Shown piece after piece: positions 23,110 to 36,539 of a stretch of DNA of 64,000 nucleotides. Below the pieces are notes generated by a model that did no database searches, had not been told where the DNA came from, and saw only the letters and a list, made by a program, of their open reading frames with translations. The position numbers and the translations under genes are program-made. Every line of letters starts with the position of its first letter. Position 1 is the first letter of the stretch. Source of the DNA: Camelus dromedarius (Eukaryota); NCBI RefSeq assembly GCF_036321535.1, contig NC_087436.1, positions 42,658,001 through 42,722,000 on the forward strand, in the 5' to 3' direction.

Positions 23110-24010
23110 ATTTTATTGAAATATAGTTGATTTACAATATTGTGTTAGTTTCAGGTATACAGCAAAGTGATTCAGTTATATATATTTTTTTCTTTCAGAT
23201 TCTTTTTCATTATAGGTTATTACAAGATATTGAATATAGTTCTCTGTGCTATACAGTAAATCCTTGTTGCTTGTCTATTTTATGTATAGTAGTTTGTATC
23301 TGTTAATCCTATACTCCTGATTTATTCCTCCCTCCACCTCCCCTTTGGTAACGCACATCTGTGAGTCTGTTTCTATCTTGCAACATAGACTCACGTGTAC
23401 TATTTTTTAGATTCTACATGCAAGTGATACAATATTTAGCTTTCTCTCTCTGACTTACCTCACTTAGTATGACATTATCTATATCCACCCATGTTGCTAC
23501 AAATGCAAAATTTCATTCTTTCTTATGACTAATATTCCATTGTATATTTATATACCACATCTTCTTAAGCCAATCATCTGTTGATGAGCACTTGAGTTGT
23601 TTCTACATCTTGACTATTGTAAACAGTGCTGCTATGATATGAGAAGAAGCTCAACATCATAAGTGATTAGGGAAATGCAAATTAAAACCCCAGTGAGATA
23701 CCACTACATACCTAAAAAATAAAAAGTAGTGCTGCTATGAACATTGGGGTACATGTATCTATTTGAATTAGAGTTTTCATCTTCTCCAGATAAATGTCCA
23801 GGAGTGGGATTGTTGGATCATATGGTAGCTCTAAGTTTTTAAAGGAACCTCCATACTGTTTTTCATAGTGGTTATATCAGTTTACATTCCAGCAACAGTG
23901 CACAATGGCTCCCTTTTTTCCACACCTCTCCAGATTTTATTATTTGTTAACTTTTTGATGATTGCCATGCAGATCTGTGTGACGTGATACCTCATTGTGG
24001 TTTTGATCTG
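23110..24010 (-). mobile_element. 5'-truncated artiodactyl-type L1 (ORF2 C-terminus plus 3' UTR), containing a nested insertion
   Basis: L1 3' UTR antisense from 23110; near 24010 the minus strand reads QIKTTMRYH, part of the ORF2 C-terminal region. Confidence 0.9.
23638..23723 (+). mobile_element. internal L1 ORF2 fragment with A-rich tail inserted into the host L1
   Basis: Reads MRRSSTS*VIREMQIKTPVRYHYIP, then AAAAAATAAA; flanked by direct repeat AGTGCTGCTATGA at 23625-23637 and 23728-23740. Confidence 0.8.
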
Positions 24011-24044
24011 TAAATGCTTTTATGTGTGTGTGTGTGTGTTTATA

Positions 24045-24285
24045 AGTAGCTCACATGCATATAAAACTTACTGCATGCCAGGCTCCCTTTAAGATACTTT
24101 TATGTTAACTAATTTTTTTCCAACAACCCTGTGTAATGGATACTATTATTATCCTCATTTTATTAAAGTGAAAACTAAGGGGCAGAGAGATTAAGTAGCT
24201 TGCCCAAAGTCAAACACGTTGTAGATGGTGAGACGAGAATGTAAAAATAGTCAGTCCAGTTTCAACATTCATACTCCTAACTACT
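24045..24285 (-). mobile_element. MIR SINE
   Basis: CAACAACCCTGTG...TATTATTATCCTCATTTTA...GAAAACTAAGGGGCAGAGAGATTAAGTAGCTTGCCCAAAGTCA. Confidence 0.85.
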
Positions 24286-25369
24286 TGTGGAGAACATTTA
24301 GGAGATCACAATTTCATTTATAAATAAGGAATGGACTTTAGTAAGTTGGCAGTTACCAGCCAGCAAACAAAAAGTGCTGAACTAAGGCATCGTTCACTGC
24401 TAAGTATCTGACAGGGAATGACATGGTATGTATGCGTTTCTGTGTATGCTTGTGTCCTTTTGTTAGTAGCATGTAAGGAATTCCTAAAGGCATACTAAAT
24501 GGAACTTTTTAGAGAGAGATTAGTCACTGTTTAAGAAAACATGTCCTGTCCATCCATTTAGTCTAGATGATGATAATTTTTTCGCTAGTTCCTAAAGGGG
24601 ATTATAGACCCTCAAATGTCTTTAGAAGTTCTCTCCAGTTGGACATTCTTCATCTATTTAAATGCCCACCTTTCAAAAATCAGTGCCGTCTCCTATTTAT
24701 TATAAATTTTTCCCTGCTCTTTATAGTCTAAATTAGTATTTTTCCCGTCTTATGTCCTATAGAACATATTATATGCATCATTCTTTTAGCAATTAAGCAT
24801 TTCCTGTCATATGATATCTTCTATTTCAGCCTCATTTTAAGTCTTATCATCTTTTGAATACTAGATGGATTGAAAACTCTCTTTCAACTATCTTTCCTTC
24901 TCTCTCTATAACCTGTAGAATGTTGTAACATATTTTGCACACAGAATAAATATTTGTTGATATGATTTTCTTTAAAAGACCATGGCCAGGCCGTTCATTT
25001 AGCAACTGCAGAATTCAAGTCACAAGGAGATTAAGTGAATTATCATTGCAATAGTTTTAGAAAAATTGATCAAAATCGTATTTCCTCACTCTTGATCTGA
25101 CGCCTGCCAGTGCATCATGCTGCTCCTACATTTGGAGAATAATTATCAATAACCCAGAGTCTTTTCTTCACTTCGAATCTCCAAAGAACATGAGTATAAT
25201 AATATAAACCCAGTCAATAAAACTTAAATGGAAACAATGTTTGAACTTAGCACAGAAATCTGGTGAAAACTAGAAATGCTTCTATCCCTTGGAACTTCCC
25301 TAAATATTTTTGCCTATTTTTTTCTAGGGATGTTTAATAACCATCCACAACAGTGAGCCAATACTAGTC

Positions 25370-25503
25370 ACATAGCATTCTCCTCCACTATGATAAAATT
25401 CCTAAAAGGAGAGTCCTTGTCTGCTTCATCCACTAGTATATGGGAGTCTAGTGCCTAATATAAAGGCATGCAATAAATATTTACCAAGTGAAAAATGAAT
25501 GGA
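25370..25503 (+). mobile_element. L2 3' end
   Basis: CTCCACTATGATAAAATTCCT...AGTGCCTAATATAAAGGCATGCAATAAATATTTAC...AATGAATGGA. Confidence 0.6.
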
Positions 25504-27000
25504 TCAACAAAGACAGTTTTACTCTGTTTAGGCCTCCAAACAATGCTCTGGGAGGGTTGGTGTTCCCCAAAAAGGAAACACGTTGAGAGAGGTTAACTGA
25601 GTTGCCCAGTTACACCAGTGGTGGAGTTGGAATCTGTGTTTGCATTCAGCAGGCTAACCCTACCTAACTACTACTAATACTAACGTGTTATTTGCCCTAA
25701 GCAATCCTCCATCTTGGCTTTTCCGGGTTAGATCTGAATCGCCCTGTTTTCCCTTTGTACTTAAAGGGAGTCTGCAGCTCGTATTTTTCACTCTTATAGG
25801 TAGCTGTGAAGAGATTTATTTTATTAAAGGAATTTGCTTGAATTTGAATTCTGGAGGAAATTCTTGCAATACAAAAACATTAGCCTAAATCGTAGTCCTA
25901 TCTGATACTGCTAATACTTGCTTTAGATATTAGTAGAGTTTATACTGATAATTAGTATAAACTGTGTATTTTGGAAGGAACTAAAACATTTAATATTCGA
26001 CAGGTGAATGAATTAATAAATAATATTGAAGTTATGATCTTGAAACTATTTTAATTACAAGTTGACTTATTACTGGGTCAATAGCTAGTGAATTGTCTAC
26101 CATAAAAGATAATTATTTTGTTTCACTTTATTGGAATACTAATATAAAATATTTAAATTCTGACCAGGAGTGTTAAACATTTCTCAGTTTATTTTATCAG
26201 CTTCAAAACATAGACTTAAATGTACTAAAGGAAATATTTCAAAACTATATTTAGGAATAATCCAAAAAGCAAATCAAAAAGGAACTCACTATAATGAAAG
26301 AAAAGCAAGTAAAAATTGTTCTTATGTTAAATCTAATTATCTTGTCTTTTGTCAGATTACTAACTAAATTATGTAAGTTTCAGGGCACTGAATTTTAAAA
26401 ATGCTCTGAAACTTAGAGGATATACTAAAAAAACAGAAGATAATGAAAAAATATTTTAAGTGGTGCTTTAATTTATATTATAAAAGGCACTTAAATGTGA
26501 AATTTTGTCTTTTTTATGTGATATTATTTCTTCTCATTATTTTATACTTGCTAGTTTGGGCTTCAGTACCAAATGACCCTCAGGCAAGAAACATAGTCTA
26601 GCAAAATAATGTGTAAAGTAAAGCTAATTTTTAGTGAATTCTCCAAGGAATTTACTGCTTCTTAACATTTCAAATTAACCTTTTCATGTCACACATTATT
26701 AAAAATAAATCCAATTAAGTTACATAGCTTCTGTGAAGTAATTTCCCCTTTGGCCTTGAGGTGCCATTTCTACTTCTCCAGGGAAAATAGCATTAAAAAA
26801 AAAAAAAAGTAAAGCTGAAACTGGACTAGAGAAATTATAGGTTTAAACTTTATGTAATACAAATATATGTGTTGGATTTAACACTATTACTTTCTCATAT
26901 ATCCATAAAGTGAGTAGCTCATTTAATCAAACATACTTGAGAACATGGTTTCCCACAGACCTGATATTCTTACATAAATAAGACATGAATAGCCACCAGG

Positions 27001-27386
27001 TGTTAAAAAGAAAATTCGAACTGAGTAAATTTAAAGATCTAATTGGCTTTATTCAAAATAAATCAGATAGCATTCCATCTAACAAACAGACAGGAGCTTT
27101 GAGGAGCTATACAAAATGGAAGGTTTTATAGGTAGAAGAGGGGTGGAAAAAGGAAGCTTCTGGCAAAGAGTGGATTGTTTCAGACAAGGTTGCCTTCCTT
27201 TGTGGGAAGGCAGGGGCCAACAGGCAGGTTACCTCATTAGTGCTGACCAGGTAATTCCAGATTGCCTGGTTAAAGGTCCCATTTCTAGGAGAGGCTGAAA
27301 CTAGCTTAGATAGTAAATTTTGGTTTGCGGATGTGGGGCTTAGCACAGGAGACTCCATTTTCGGGCCTGTTGTTTCTTTTTTAACA
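27001..27386 (-). mobile_element. ERV1-class solo LTR, 386 bp
   Basis: Inverted termini TGTTAAAAAGAAA / TTTCTTTTTTAACA; 4-bp TSD CAGG / AAGG (one mismatch); minus strand shows AAATGGAGTC near its start and AATAAA near its end. Confidence 0.85.
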
Positions 27387-27869
27387 AAGGTAAGAAGCAT
27401 CTGAAGAAATTTTACATCTTACACCCTTTTTTTTTTAAGTTAATTTTCTCTTCCCTTTTAGAACTGAGACCAAAACAATGAGGGAAAGTAGGCAAAATAA
27501 GATGGTGAATAAAAGGAAAAGAAAGTAGCAATATAGGTGATGGTGGGACTAAATACATTTTTAACTATACCAAATGCATATTTTTTAAGTGTTTAAAACA
27601 AACAAACAAAAAAAGATTCTTAAGAGACAGTACTGGCCCACAGAAACTTTTTTCCCATATTCCTTTTCTGAGGCCTGAATAGATTATCCTGAGATGTAAC
27701 TGAGCTCACATTTTATACTTGGTATCCAAAGAAACATTTGTTTGCAACATTCATCCAGAACTATAAACATCCTTGAATTTTAGTAATTGTGCCCTCGTTT
27801 TCAAATCAGTGGACATTTTTGAACATCAGCTCTGGGCTAGGGGCTGTGCCTTGTGTACAGAAAACAGGT

Positions 27870-28083
27870 TCTATGTAAGATTGGGCTACCTGAGTTTGAG
27901 CTCAGATTTGACACTTCCTGGTCTACAATCCTTGAGTACAAATCCTTTAAATGCTCTTAGTCTTAACTTTCCTCATCTGTAAAATGAGTTTAATATCTAC
28001 CCTGCCAATGTCAATGAATGAAGGTCAGATGCATAAATTAGCTTGGCCTTTGGAAAACACTAAACAAGTAGATGTTATTATTA
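27870..28083 (+). mobile_element. MIR SINE
   Basis: TCTTAACTTTCCTCATCTGTAAAATGAG core, ends GTTATTATT. Confidence 0.75.
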
Positions 28084-29290
28084 GATCTTTAGTACCATAG
28101 AATATATCTGATTTATAGTTTTTAAGTTTGTAAGGTCCTTAGTACAACGTCTATCATGTATACAGTGCTTAACAAATGATGACTAAATGAATACATTAGT
28201 GAAGAGCCCATAGCAATTAGAAACTATGTCACTAGAGAGAACAGAGTGAGACAGAGCTACAGTGGGAGTCCAGCCCCAATTGCTTCTAATCCCCTAATAG
28301 ACTCAGAGACCCGATTTGGAGATGCACTGTGCCCCCTGAAAGCAACAGGATGGATGGAATCAGCCAGCAGCAGATGAGAAGATTTACTTCTTACATGTAG
28401 ACTTATTTCAACACTGGGATGGTACTTCCATGACTTTCCTCCACTCTGGTATGAAGAATAGGGAATGAAACACAATGTCTTTCCTTCACCACTCATTCAT
28501 TCATATTCATTTGTTGAATAAAATTTGTACCCTGATCGAGTTACTGTTATGGTGGTGTTTACACTAGCTGTTAGCAAAGCCTGACATCTGAGAAGTAGCT
28601 GATTCCATCTTTCAGATAATCAGATTCTATTTAATGTTACCAATTTAAATTCTATAGCCATTAATGAACCCATTAAATATTTTCATTCCCTTTCACAAAG
28701 ATACCTTTTCATCTCCTACTACAGAATTAGCAGAATAATGGCAGGCAAGGAACATTTTTCTCGACTATTGCTGCAATCTGCCTCAACATTGCCATGATCA
28801 AATGTACACATCCTTTACTTAAGGACTGTAAAATGGAATTAAGAAATATCCTCTGGCTATTTTAAACCTAAGACTTCAAACAATAGCACAGCAACTTAAA
28901 TGGCATGCCAGTGGAAGGTGAGCAAATATTGACCAGCTTAGTACAAATTGATACACATTTGAGTTTCTACTATGTGTCAGGCTCTGTGCCAGGCATTAGG
29001 GATAAAAATGTGAGTAATAAGTGTTCTTTACTTATGAAGAATTTATAGGTAAGCATCTATTAATATTTATTTATGAGATGGAAAGCAGTGAAAGGGACAG
29101 AAGGAACATCAACAAAAGCCAGAAGCCAAAATGTTCAAAAACCTCAGGTAGGAAAAGAAAGGATTCAATTCTATATAAGGCAGAAGTATGAAGGATAAGA
29201 GCTTTTGCATGCCATCACATCTCTGGGACTCAGTTTCCTGATTTGCGAAAGTAGGAGAATGACTCAGATAGCTTTAATGATTCTATGATT

Positions 29291-29722
29291 TGTGGTAGTT
29301 TTAAGATATGTTCACAAATTCATAGACAACACTTCTCATTTTGAAGGGTAAAGACTAATTCTCCTTACTATGAGTGTGGGCTGGACTTAATCACTAAGAA
29401 TAGGCTATGGTGGCTTTGCCCCTTGCTCTCTGGCTCTTGGATTGCTAATTCTGAGAGAAGCTAGATGCTACATCAAGCAGCCCTACAGAGGGGTCTCCTG
29501 CCAAAAGTCATGAGATAGATGCATCTGGGAAGCAGATCCTCCAGCCCAGTCAAACCTTCAGACACTTTGTCTATAACCTGGTGAGAAGTCCTGAGCCAGA
29601 ACCACCTAGCTAAGGTGCTTCTGAATTCCAGACCTCAGAAACTTTGTCAGATAGTAAACACTTTGTTTCAAGCTGTGAGGGGTTAGGGATGATTTGTGAC
29701 ACAGTCATAAATAACTAATACA
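29291..29722 (+). mobile_element. MaLR LTR (MLT1F-like)
   Basis: TGTGGTAG...GAGTGTGGGCTGGACTTA...GAAGCAGATCCTCCAGCCCAGTCAAACCTTCAGA...CCTGAGCCAGAACCACCTAGCTAAG...ATAACTAATACA. Confidence 0.85.
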
Positions 29723-31939
29723 GTAACACTGTTATAAATTAATGATATATAATGAAAAATTAGTTGTATGTGAGTATAAATGAATAATGAATAACTTTTT
29801 ATTTTAAGAAAATTAGTCAGGATTTGGGAAATTAATAGGAGCTTTTGCTTACAGAACCATTGAAAACTAAAACTGAAAACATACAATTCTGTTAGATGTA
29901 CTAGGAAATAAAAATGGACCATAGTATTTGGTCAGAATCTTGGCTTTGACTCTTCAATAGCACAACCCACTGGTTCATTATTGTACAGTTTTTTATGAGC
30001 CTGTCTGGCACTCAATAAATATTTTTTGAATGAGGGAACATGGAAAATGACAAGGAAATGTGTAGGTCTGGGAAGAGTATAGACACTAATGTTAGAGAAT
30101 TTTGTGCCAGGCACCACGATAAAGACTTAACATGAATAAGCAAGGAAGTACTTATATTATTTAAAACAGTTGATATGAAAGTGTCCACTGCCTAAAACTA
30201 ATTTAGAGAGAAAATATAGAAAAGGAACCTAATAGAAATAAAATGCTATCAGGCAGAGTAAAAGTAGTAATTTTATGAACCCTAAACAATCCTAGAAAGT
30301 GTGCCTTATCAGTGTCTCAGATAGATTTTTCCCTAGGCTATGTGATTTCCACAAAGAGAAAAAACTGAGTAAATCAGCCTGAATTAGTGAAGCACAATTT
30401 TATCCAGTGTTTATTTAAAACTACCTGATGCCCCAAACAACTACATGAATAGGTTCTTTGCTTACCATTATCTTTAACGTTGTAAATATAATTTTCAAAC
30501 GTTTGTCCTTTATCTCAGCATACTGAGCTAAAGCTACAAATAAAGATTCAATGATGGTGAAGATAAATTAAAATAGAAAGACACTGAAATATTTATTGGT
30601 TATGTACAAAAATGTTTTACTTAAACCGTGTACATACTTTAATAATTTATCAATGTATATTACATTAAATGTCACCTCGATTAGGATCTAAATACATTGT
30701 TAGCGTTCCAAAAGAAAAAACTGGGGTTCAGAAACAAACCCAATTATCTATTCTCACTTCCTTTCTCTTTCACCTTTAATTGAAGTAGCATCAGTCCTGT
30801 GTATTAGGACTAAGTGTTCATGGACCATGTGACTTGAGGTAGAACTTTTAAACACACTTTTGAATTTTGTATTTTGCAACTCAGACTCCTTCAAACACCG
30901 GAACCTACACACACTAACTTTTGAATTATGCTTTTCTACTAAATAATAATGGTGATTAAAAATAAATTAATTAATTGAACCATAATCTCTATAAAAATAC
31001 AGAGCACACAACCTGATACGCCTGGTCCAGCTCAGTTACAAGCTGTGCCTGAAAGGAACGCCATGGCCTGCATGATGCTGTCACAGAGTGACTCTCAGAA
31101 CTACCCCGCTGTACCTTGCTCTTTTTCTTGTTATCCCATGATTAACCTTACTTGTTCCCTGCTTCCCTTGCTGTTAAGCCTGACACATCAATTGGCTGCC
31201 ATCCCATTTCTAGACTTTTGGCTTCACTCCCTGTACTCCAAATCACAGTTCTTCTTCCTGACTTTATCTCAGATTATACCCTGATAAGGAGCTCTTTTTT
31301 TGGAAATGACTCCAATGCTTCTCCCACACATGCCATCTCCTTGCAAATGATTTTGGGTTAGGCCTGGCCCGCAGAGTAGGTACAGGATACTGTAGGTTTG
31401 GCACACATATGGGGAGGCTTATCCACCCATGGGGTGCATGCTGTTGCTGGACGGGCCCAGTAGGAACTGGGCCTGCGGCCATCTACAGCTCTCCCATGCA
31501 CCTCTTGTTAAAGAGAGCTGGTTTCTGAAAGTGGCTGGTTCAATACTTCTCCCAAGGACTGGATTACTTACTCTCAGTTAAACCCCCAGACCTGGAGAGT
31601 AATACCAACTGTATACTCAAATAGACACACACTATATTCACAGGGAACCTCCACACCTCAAAAAAAAAAAGTAAAAACCCCCAAAAGCAGGAGTTGGAAA
31701 CGTGGCACCCAATATTCAAAGTTGGCCAATACCTGGTACAAATGCACGAATACTCCAAAGCGCATGGACTCAAGCAGTGATTAATGGAAGCTCATACAAA
31801 ATCCCCGAGCCGCCTTCAATTTCAAAAACCTGACGAGAACTACTTGGAAGGGAAAATACAAGTCAAAAATTACTCTCAGATCAGTATTTTCCATCTGTGC
31901 AAGAAGTTTAAATGTAAAAATCTATGGAGGGATTTCTGT

Positions 31940-33090
31940 GTCCCTGTCTTCCCAGAACTTATGGAAGAGACAGAAAAAAATCCAATAAATAGTTTAGAGT
32001 ACATGATAGGTTGTGCTAAATGCTATGAAAAGAGAATTAGGCAGGTTAAGAAAGAAAGAGTTTGGCAAGTGCTACTACGTTAAACAGTGTGGCTGGGGAA
32101 AGCTTTTCTTAGGAAAGGACATTTGAGCAGAGCCCAGGATGAGGGGAAGTTGAGGGAGGGGCGCAAGGGTGTGGGGAGGATCTCAGGCAGAAGGAATAAT
32201 GGATGCAAACGTCTTGGGGCAAGCATATGCTTGATGGTTCAAGGAATTAAAAAAGGAGCAGAGCATCTGCAACAAAGAGAGAAAGGAGAAAAGTGGTAGG
32301 AAATTACTTCAGAAAGGTAGCCAGACACCAGATCATACAGGTTGTTGTAAGCTGTGGTAAGGGCTGTCGTTTTGGGCTTTTGCTGAGTGCCATGGGATGC
32401 TATTCTGGGGAGATTTGATTGTTGGTCCCAATTTTTCACTCGCTCATAATAGGATTATACACTCACACCCTTGGCGATAGTTTCTTGTGGTACCCTTCCT
32501 TCCACGTGTGTAGAGAATGTTTCCTCCCACCATTGATGCATGTGGCTTGTTTTGGTCAATGGATTGTTAGCAAACGTGACACAAGCAGAGGCCTTAAGTG
32601 TTTTCAGATGGGTTATCTTGGCTCCTGGGGCTCCCCTGATTACCATTAGAAGAGTAGGCTCCAGGAAGTCATTGCCTCTTCAGCCAAGGCCCAGAATAAA
32701 AGTCATGGAGCAACCAGAATCCATTCTGGAGCTTGAAGCAGAGCCACCCCAGCTGACCTGTGGACAAGAAAAATGAACACTTCTTCTTGTAAACTCCTGA
32801 GGGTCAGGGTGGTTTGTTAAGTGACCTTTTTGAAGCAAGAGCAGACTAACGTACCATTGGGGGATTTAAATCAAAGAAATAAAGTAATCTGAATTATATT
32901 TTCAAAGGATCAATCTGACAGCTGTTTAGAGAGTAGAAGGAATAAAGACAAAAGGAGAAACAAACCAATTTGGGGGCTACTGCAAAATCCCGGTGAGAAA
33001 TGGTGATGGCTTAGATCAGGGTGGGCGTGATGAAGTTGACAGGATTTGGTGATAAATGTGATGTGAGGCGTGAGATAAGGAGAGGAATGT
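31940..33090 (-). mobile_element. L2 LINE fragment interrupted by an MLT1I-like LTR
   Basis: CAGGCAGAAGGAATAATGGATGCAAA...CCAGATCATACAGG continues after 32855 with GAATTATATTTTCAAAGGATCAATCTG...GGTGAGAAATGGTGATGGCTTAGATCAGGGTGG. Confidence 0.75.
32403..32855 (+). mobile_element. MaLR LTR (MLT1I-like)
   Basis: GATTGTTGGTCCCAATT...GCATGTGGCTTGTTTTGGTCAATGG...GTGACACAAGCAGAGGCCTT...GGCCCAGAAT...GCAGAGCCACCCCAGCTGACC. Confidence 0.75.
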
Positions 33091-33796
33091 TATAACATTG
33101 TCTTACAGCAATTTTATATCCAGCTTGTAATTTTATCCATCCCACCAGCCCAGCCTACATTTCTAAGCACAAAAATCAGCATAAAAAGAGTGTTTTTGTC
33201 AACTGCCATATATCCAGGGACACAGTTACTATAGCAGCCGAGCAATTCTCTTTGGGTAGCCAAGTGGAAACCAAATTGTCCTGAAGAATACAAGAGCTGA
33301 ACAGGGAGATTTCCCCCAGTTACCACATGACGAACTTCATAATTGCCTTTTTTATTTTTTGTTAACAAGAATATCTAAATCGGGATGCTATGGCCTGGTA
33401 CATAATTATCTTTTTCTGAAACTGACTCTGTTTTTCCATTTTGCAGTTTGTAGTTTGTAGTGAGGATGTTGTGGATGTTGCTGTTCCACTGGGCTTACTC
33501 CGTCACATGGGAGGACATCTCCCTCCTCAACTGAATGGGTGCTGGTCCTTGGATTCCAGTGATGGCTCAGGCCAAGGTACACTCCTCACTGTGAGCTAGG
33601 GATTTTGTCTCAAATCAATACCATCTCTCCTAACCTAGGAAATCATCAGACAATACTGGAGACTCTAGGACCACCTGGCCTCCCTCTTGCCACTCCCCCT
33701 TCAAGTTTAGAGTCAAACTAGCCCTGGGAGTCTGATCTTCACTCTCTTTCTCACTAAAACCAAGATTTTCTGCTGGAACAAAGTACATCCAGCTCA

Positions 33797-34548
33797 TGAA
33801 CTCTTGTGCACTGTTAGTGAGAATGTAGACTGATACAGCCATTATAAAAAATGGTATGGAAGTTCCACAAAAACTTAAAAATGGAACTGCCACATGACTG
33901 AGCAATCCCACTTCTGGGTATATATCCAAAAGAAATAAAATCAGTATCTCAAAGAGATATGTCTGCACTCCCATGTTTTTTTGCAGCATTATCCACAATA
34001 GCAAAGATGTAAAATCAACCTAAGTGTCCATATATGGATGAATGGATAAAGAAAATGTGGTATGTGGAATATTATTCAACCTTTAAAAAGAGTGAAATCT
34101 TTCCATTTGGGACAACATGGGTGAAACTGGAGGGCAGTAAGCTAAGTGAAACGAGTCAGGCATGGAAAGACAAAAATGGTATGATCTTACCTGTGGAATC
34201 TAAAAAAGTCAAACTCTTAGAAGCAGAGTAGAATCTGGATGCCAGGGCTGGGGAGTAGGGGAAATGGGGAGATGTTGGTCAAAGGGTACAAGGTTTCAGT
34301 TACGCAGGATGGAAAAGTTCTGGAGATCTAATGTATGGCATAGTGATTATATTTAATAACACTGTATTGTACACTGAAATTTGCTAAGAGAGTAGATCTT
34401 AAACGTTTTTACTGCAAAAATGATAACTATGTAAGGTGATGGAAATGTAGCTTCATTGTGGTAACCATTTCACAGTGTATGCATCAAAACAACACATTGC
34501 ATATACACAATTTTTATTTGTCAATTATATCTCAATAAAGCTGGGGAA
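33797..34548 (+). mobile_element. 5'-truncated L1 (L1MA9/10-like), ORF2 end plus 3' UTR
   Basis: ORF2-end peptide DEWIKKMWY...EYYS; ends CAATAAAGCTGGGGAA; 17-bp TSD AAAGTACATCCAGCTCA (33780-33796) / AAAGTACACCCAGCTCA (34549-34565). Confidence 0.92.
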
Positions 34549-36099
34549 AAAGTACACCCAGCTCAAAGCCATTAGTCAGATAACAAATGAAGAATGCCAG
34601 CCTCCAGCACTCCTACATTAATAATCCCCTCACTTCTCTCATACAAGCTTTCATCTACAACTGCCACAATCTAGGTGATGCGTTATTTTGCAGTGCACCC
34701 CACCCGCCATCTGTGTGTGTGTGGAACCATCTTTGTGCTGCTGTGTCTGTTGTGTCCACAGCCATCCTTGATAGACATGGGTGCCTCTCCTCTCTGAGAG
34801 ACCCAAATGAGGGGGACAGGCAGCTGCCAACACTTTGATGAACTTATCATTTCTATTTCTGATATCCACCGTAGAGCACAGTAAATTAACTATATTGTAC
34901 TTATGACATTCAAAGTCAGTTTTTTTAAGGCCTCATGTCCACCTGTCAGTCAGCCAGGGAGGGAGCTGGAGCGGTAGGCCATAATAAAGAACTTGCCTCT
35001 AAAGCTCATGGTATTGATGTGAAAAATGACAGCCAAACAATCATTAAACTCATCAAAGCCCCCCAAAACTCAAGAGTACTCAAAATAAATTGCATTTTGG
35101 CACAAAGAGTTTAAATAGAAATCTCATAGGAAAAAGAGTTTAGAATTGCTTGCAGTCTGTAAGAGGGCTACATTTCCTGCATTTTAAGGAGAAATCTCAC
35201 AAACATTCAAGAGAGATTTACTGTCTGTGGTTTCTATGCAGCCAGTAAGCGCTAGGTAAATAAGATGCCTTGCTGGTGAGAAAGCTTTCACTCGTTCTTA
35301 GTGCCCTGGTAAGTATGAACATGCTATCACAGTATGATTAGATCCATATTTGGAGACATTAAGCAGGCACAAAACCCACATGATGCAATCATACTCCGCA
35401 GGGAAATGATTCTGCTTCTTGCTACATCCCTCATGATTCCCTTTTCCTTCCTGTTCAGGGAAACATGTACCACTTAGCCTCTTCCATTGCATTAGAGGTT
35501 ACTGAGGACAGGTGGCCCTAAATGTCTTGTCTGTAATCACAAGAATCCGAACAAACTGAAGGATGAATGTCCCAGGTTTTCACAACAGCCTAATATTCTC
35601 TGGAAACAATGTTGTTAAGACAGCACTTCAAGGATCATTATGGCTGGATCTTAGGTGGGAGAGACGAGATAAATTCTTCAACATCTTTTGAGAAATTCAA
35701 ACTATATTTGTCTAATGCTCTCTTGAGATAAACATTTGAGGAGTCAGGAAATGTAGTTAAGTTCCACTGTTATTTCCCACAGGACCTTAAGCAAGTCCGG
35801 TTCTCCACCTCTGTGTATCCATTGCTTCCATGGTGACCAGTGGTGTGTGTGTGTTCCTCCTCACTGAGGAGGTCAGAATGAAGGAGAGGCAAGGAGGTGC
35901 CAACACCTTGTCAGCTTAGTTCTACTGATTCTCACCATGCATGCCTAGATAGTCTAGGAGGAGATAAAGGCTTCTATTTTAGAAAATAAAATAGAAGAAA
36001 TGCTTCATAAATTTGTTTAAACACTCTGAATCAACATAGATTTTTGGAAGAATGTTTTAAAATACACAAAATATATACCTAACCTCTGTCTCTAATTTT

Positions 36100-36530
36100 C
36101 TATTGGATATTTCTCCCAGAATGTCCCTCAGCACCTCTATCTTGACATGTTGAAAACCAAACCTAGTCTTTTTGCTCCATGAACAAAGCCTTCCCTCTAA
36201 CTCAATATTTGTTTCACTTGGTCAGTCCCAAACCATAGCATTGTCCTGTAATCCTCTCATATCCTCATCTTCCAGTTTCTCAGTTAAGTCATGGAAATCC
36301 TGCCTGTAATAATCTTTCAAATATGTTCCTTCTTTCTGATTTCCACCATCACTGCTGGAACTTTATCTCTCATTTGGATTATAAAGAAACCTCCTGAATA
36401 GATTCACTGCCACCTGTCTCATTTCCCACCAATCCATCCTACACAACTGCCAGAAGTATCATGCTGAAATGCTTATCTGATAAGGTCATTCATTGACTTA
36501 AAAATTGACTTGTTGCCTGTAAGATAAACT
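36100..36530 (+). mobile_element. L2 fragment
   Basis: TGGATATTTCTCCCAGAATGTCCCTCAGCACCTC...CCAATCCATCCTACACAACTGCCAGAAGTATC. Confidence 0.65.
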
Positions 36531-36539
36531 CAAAGCCAT

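Noticed and set aside
33630..34231. 124-aa and 65-aa ORFs
   Set aside because: Antisense and sense translations of a decayed L1 ORF2 end.
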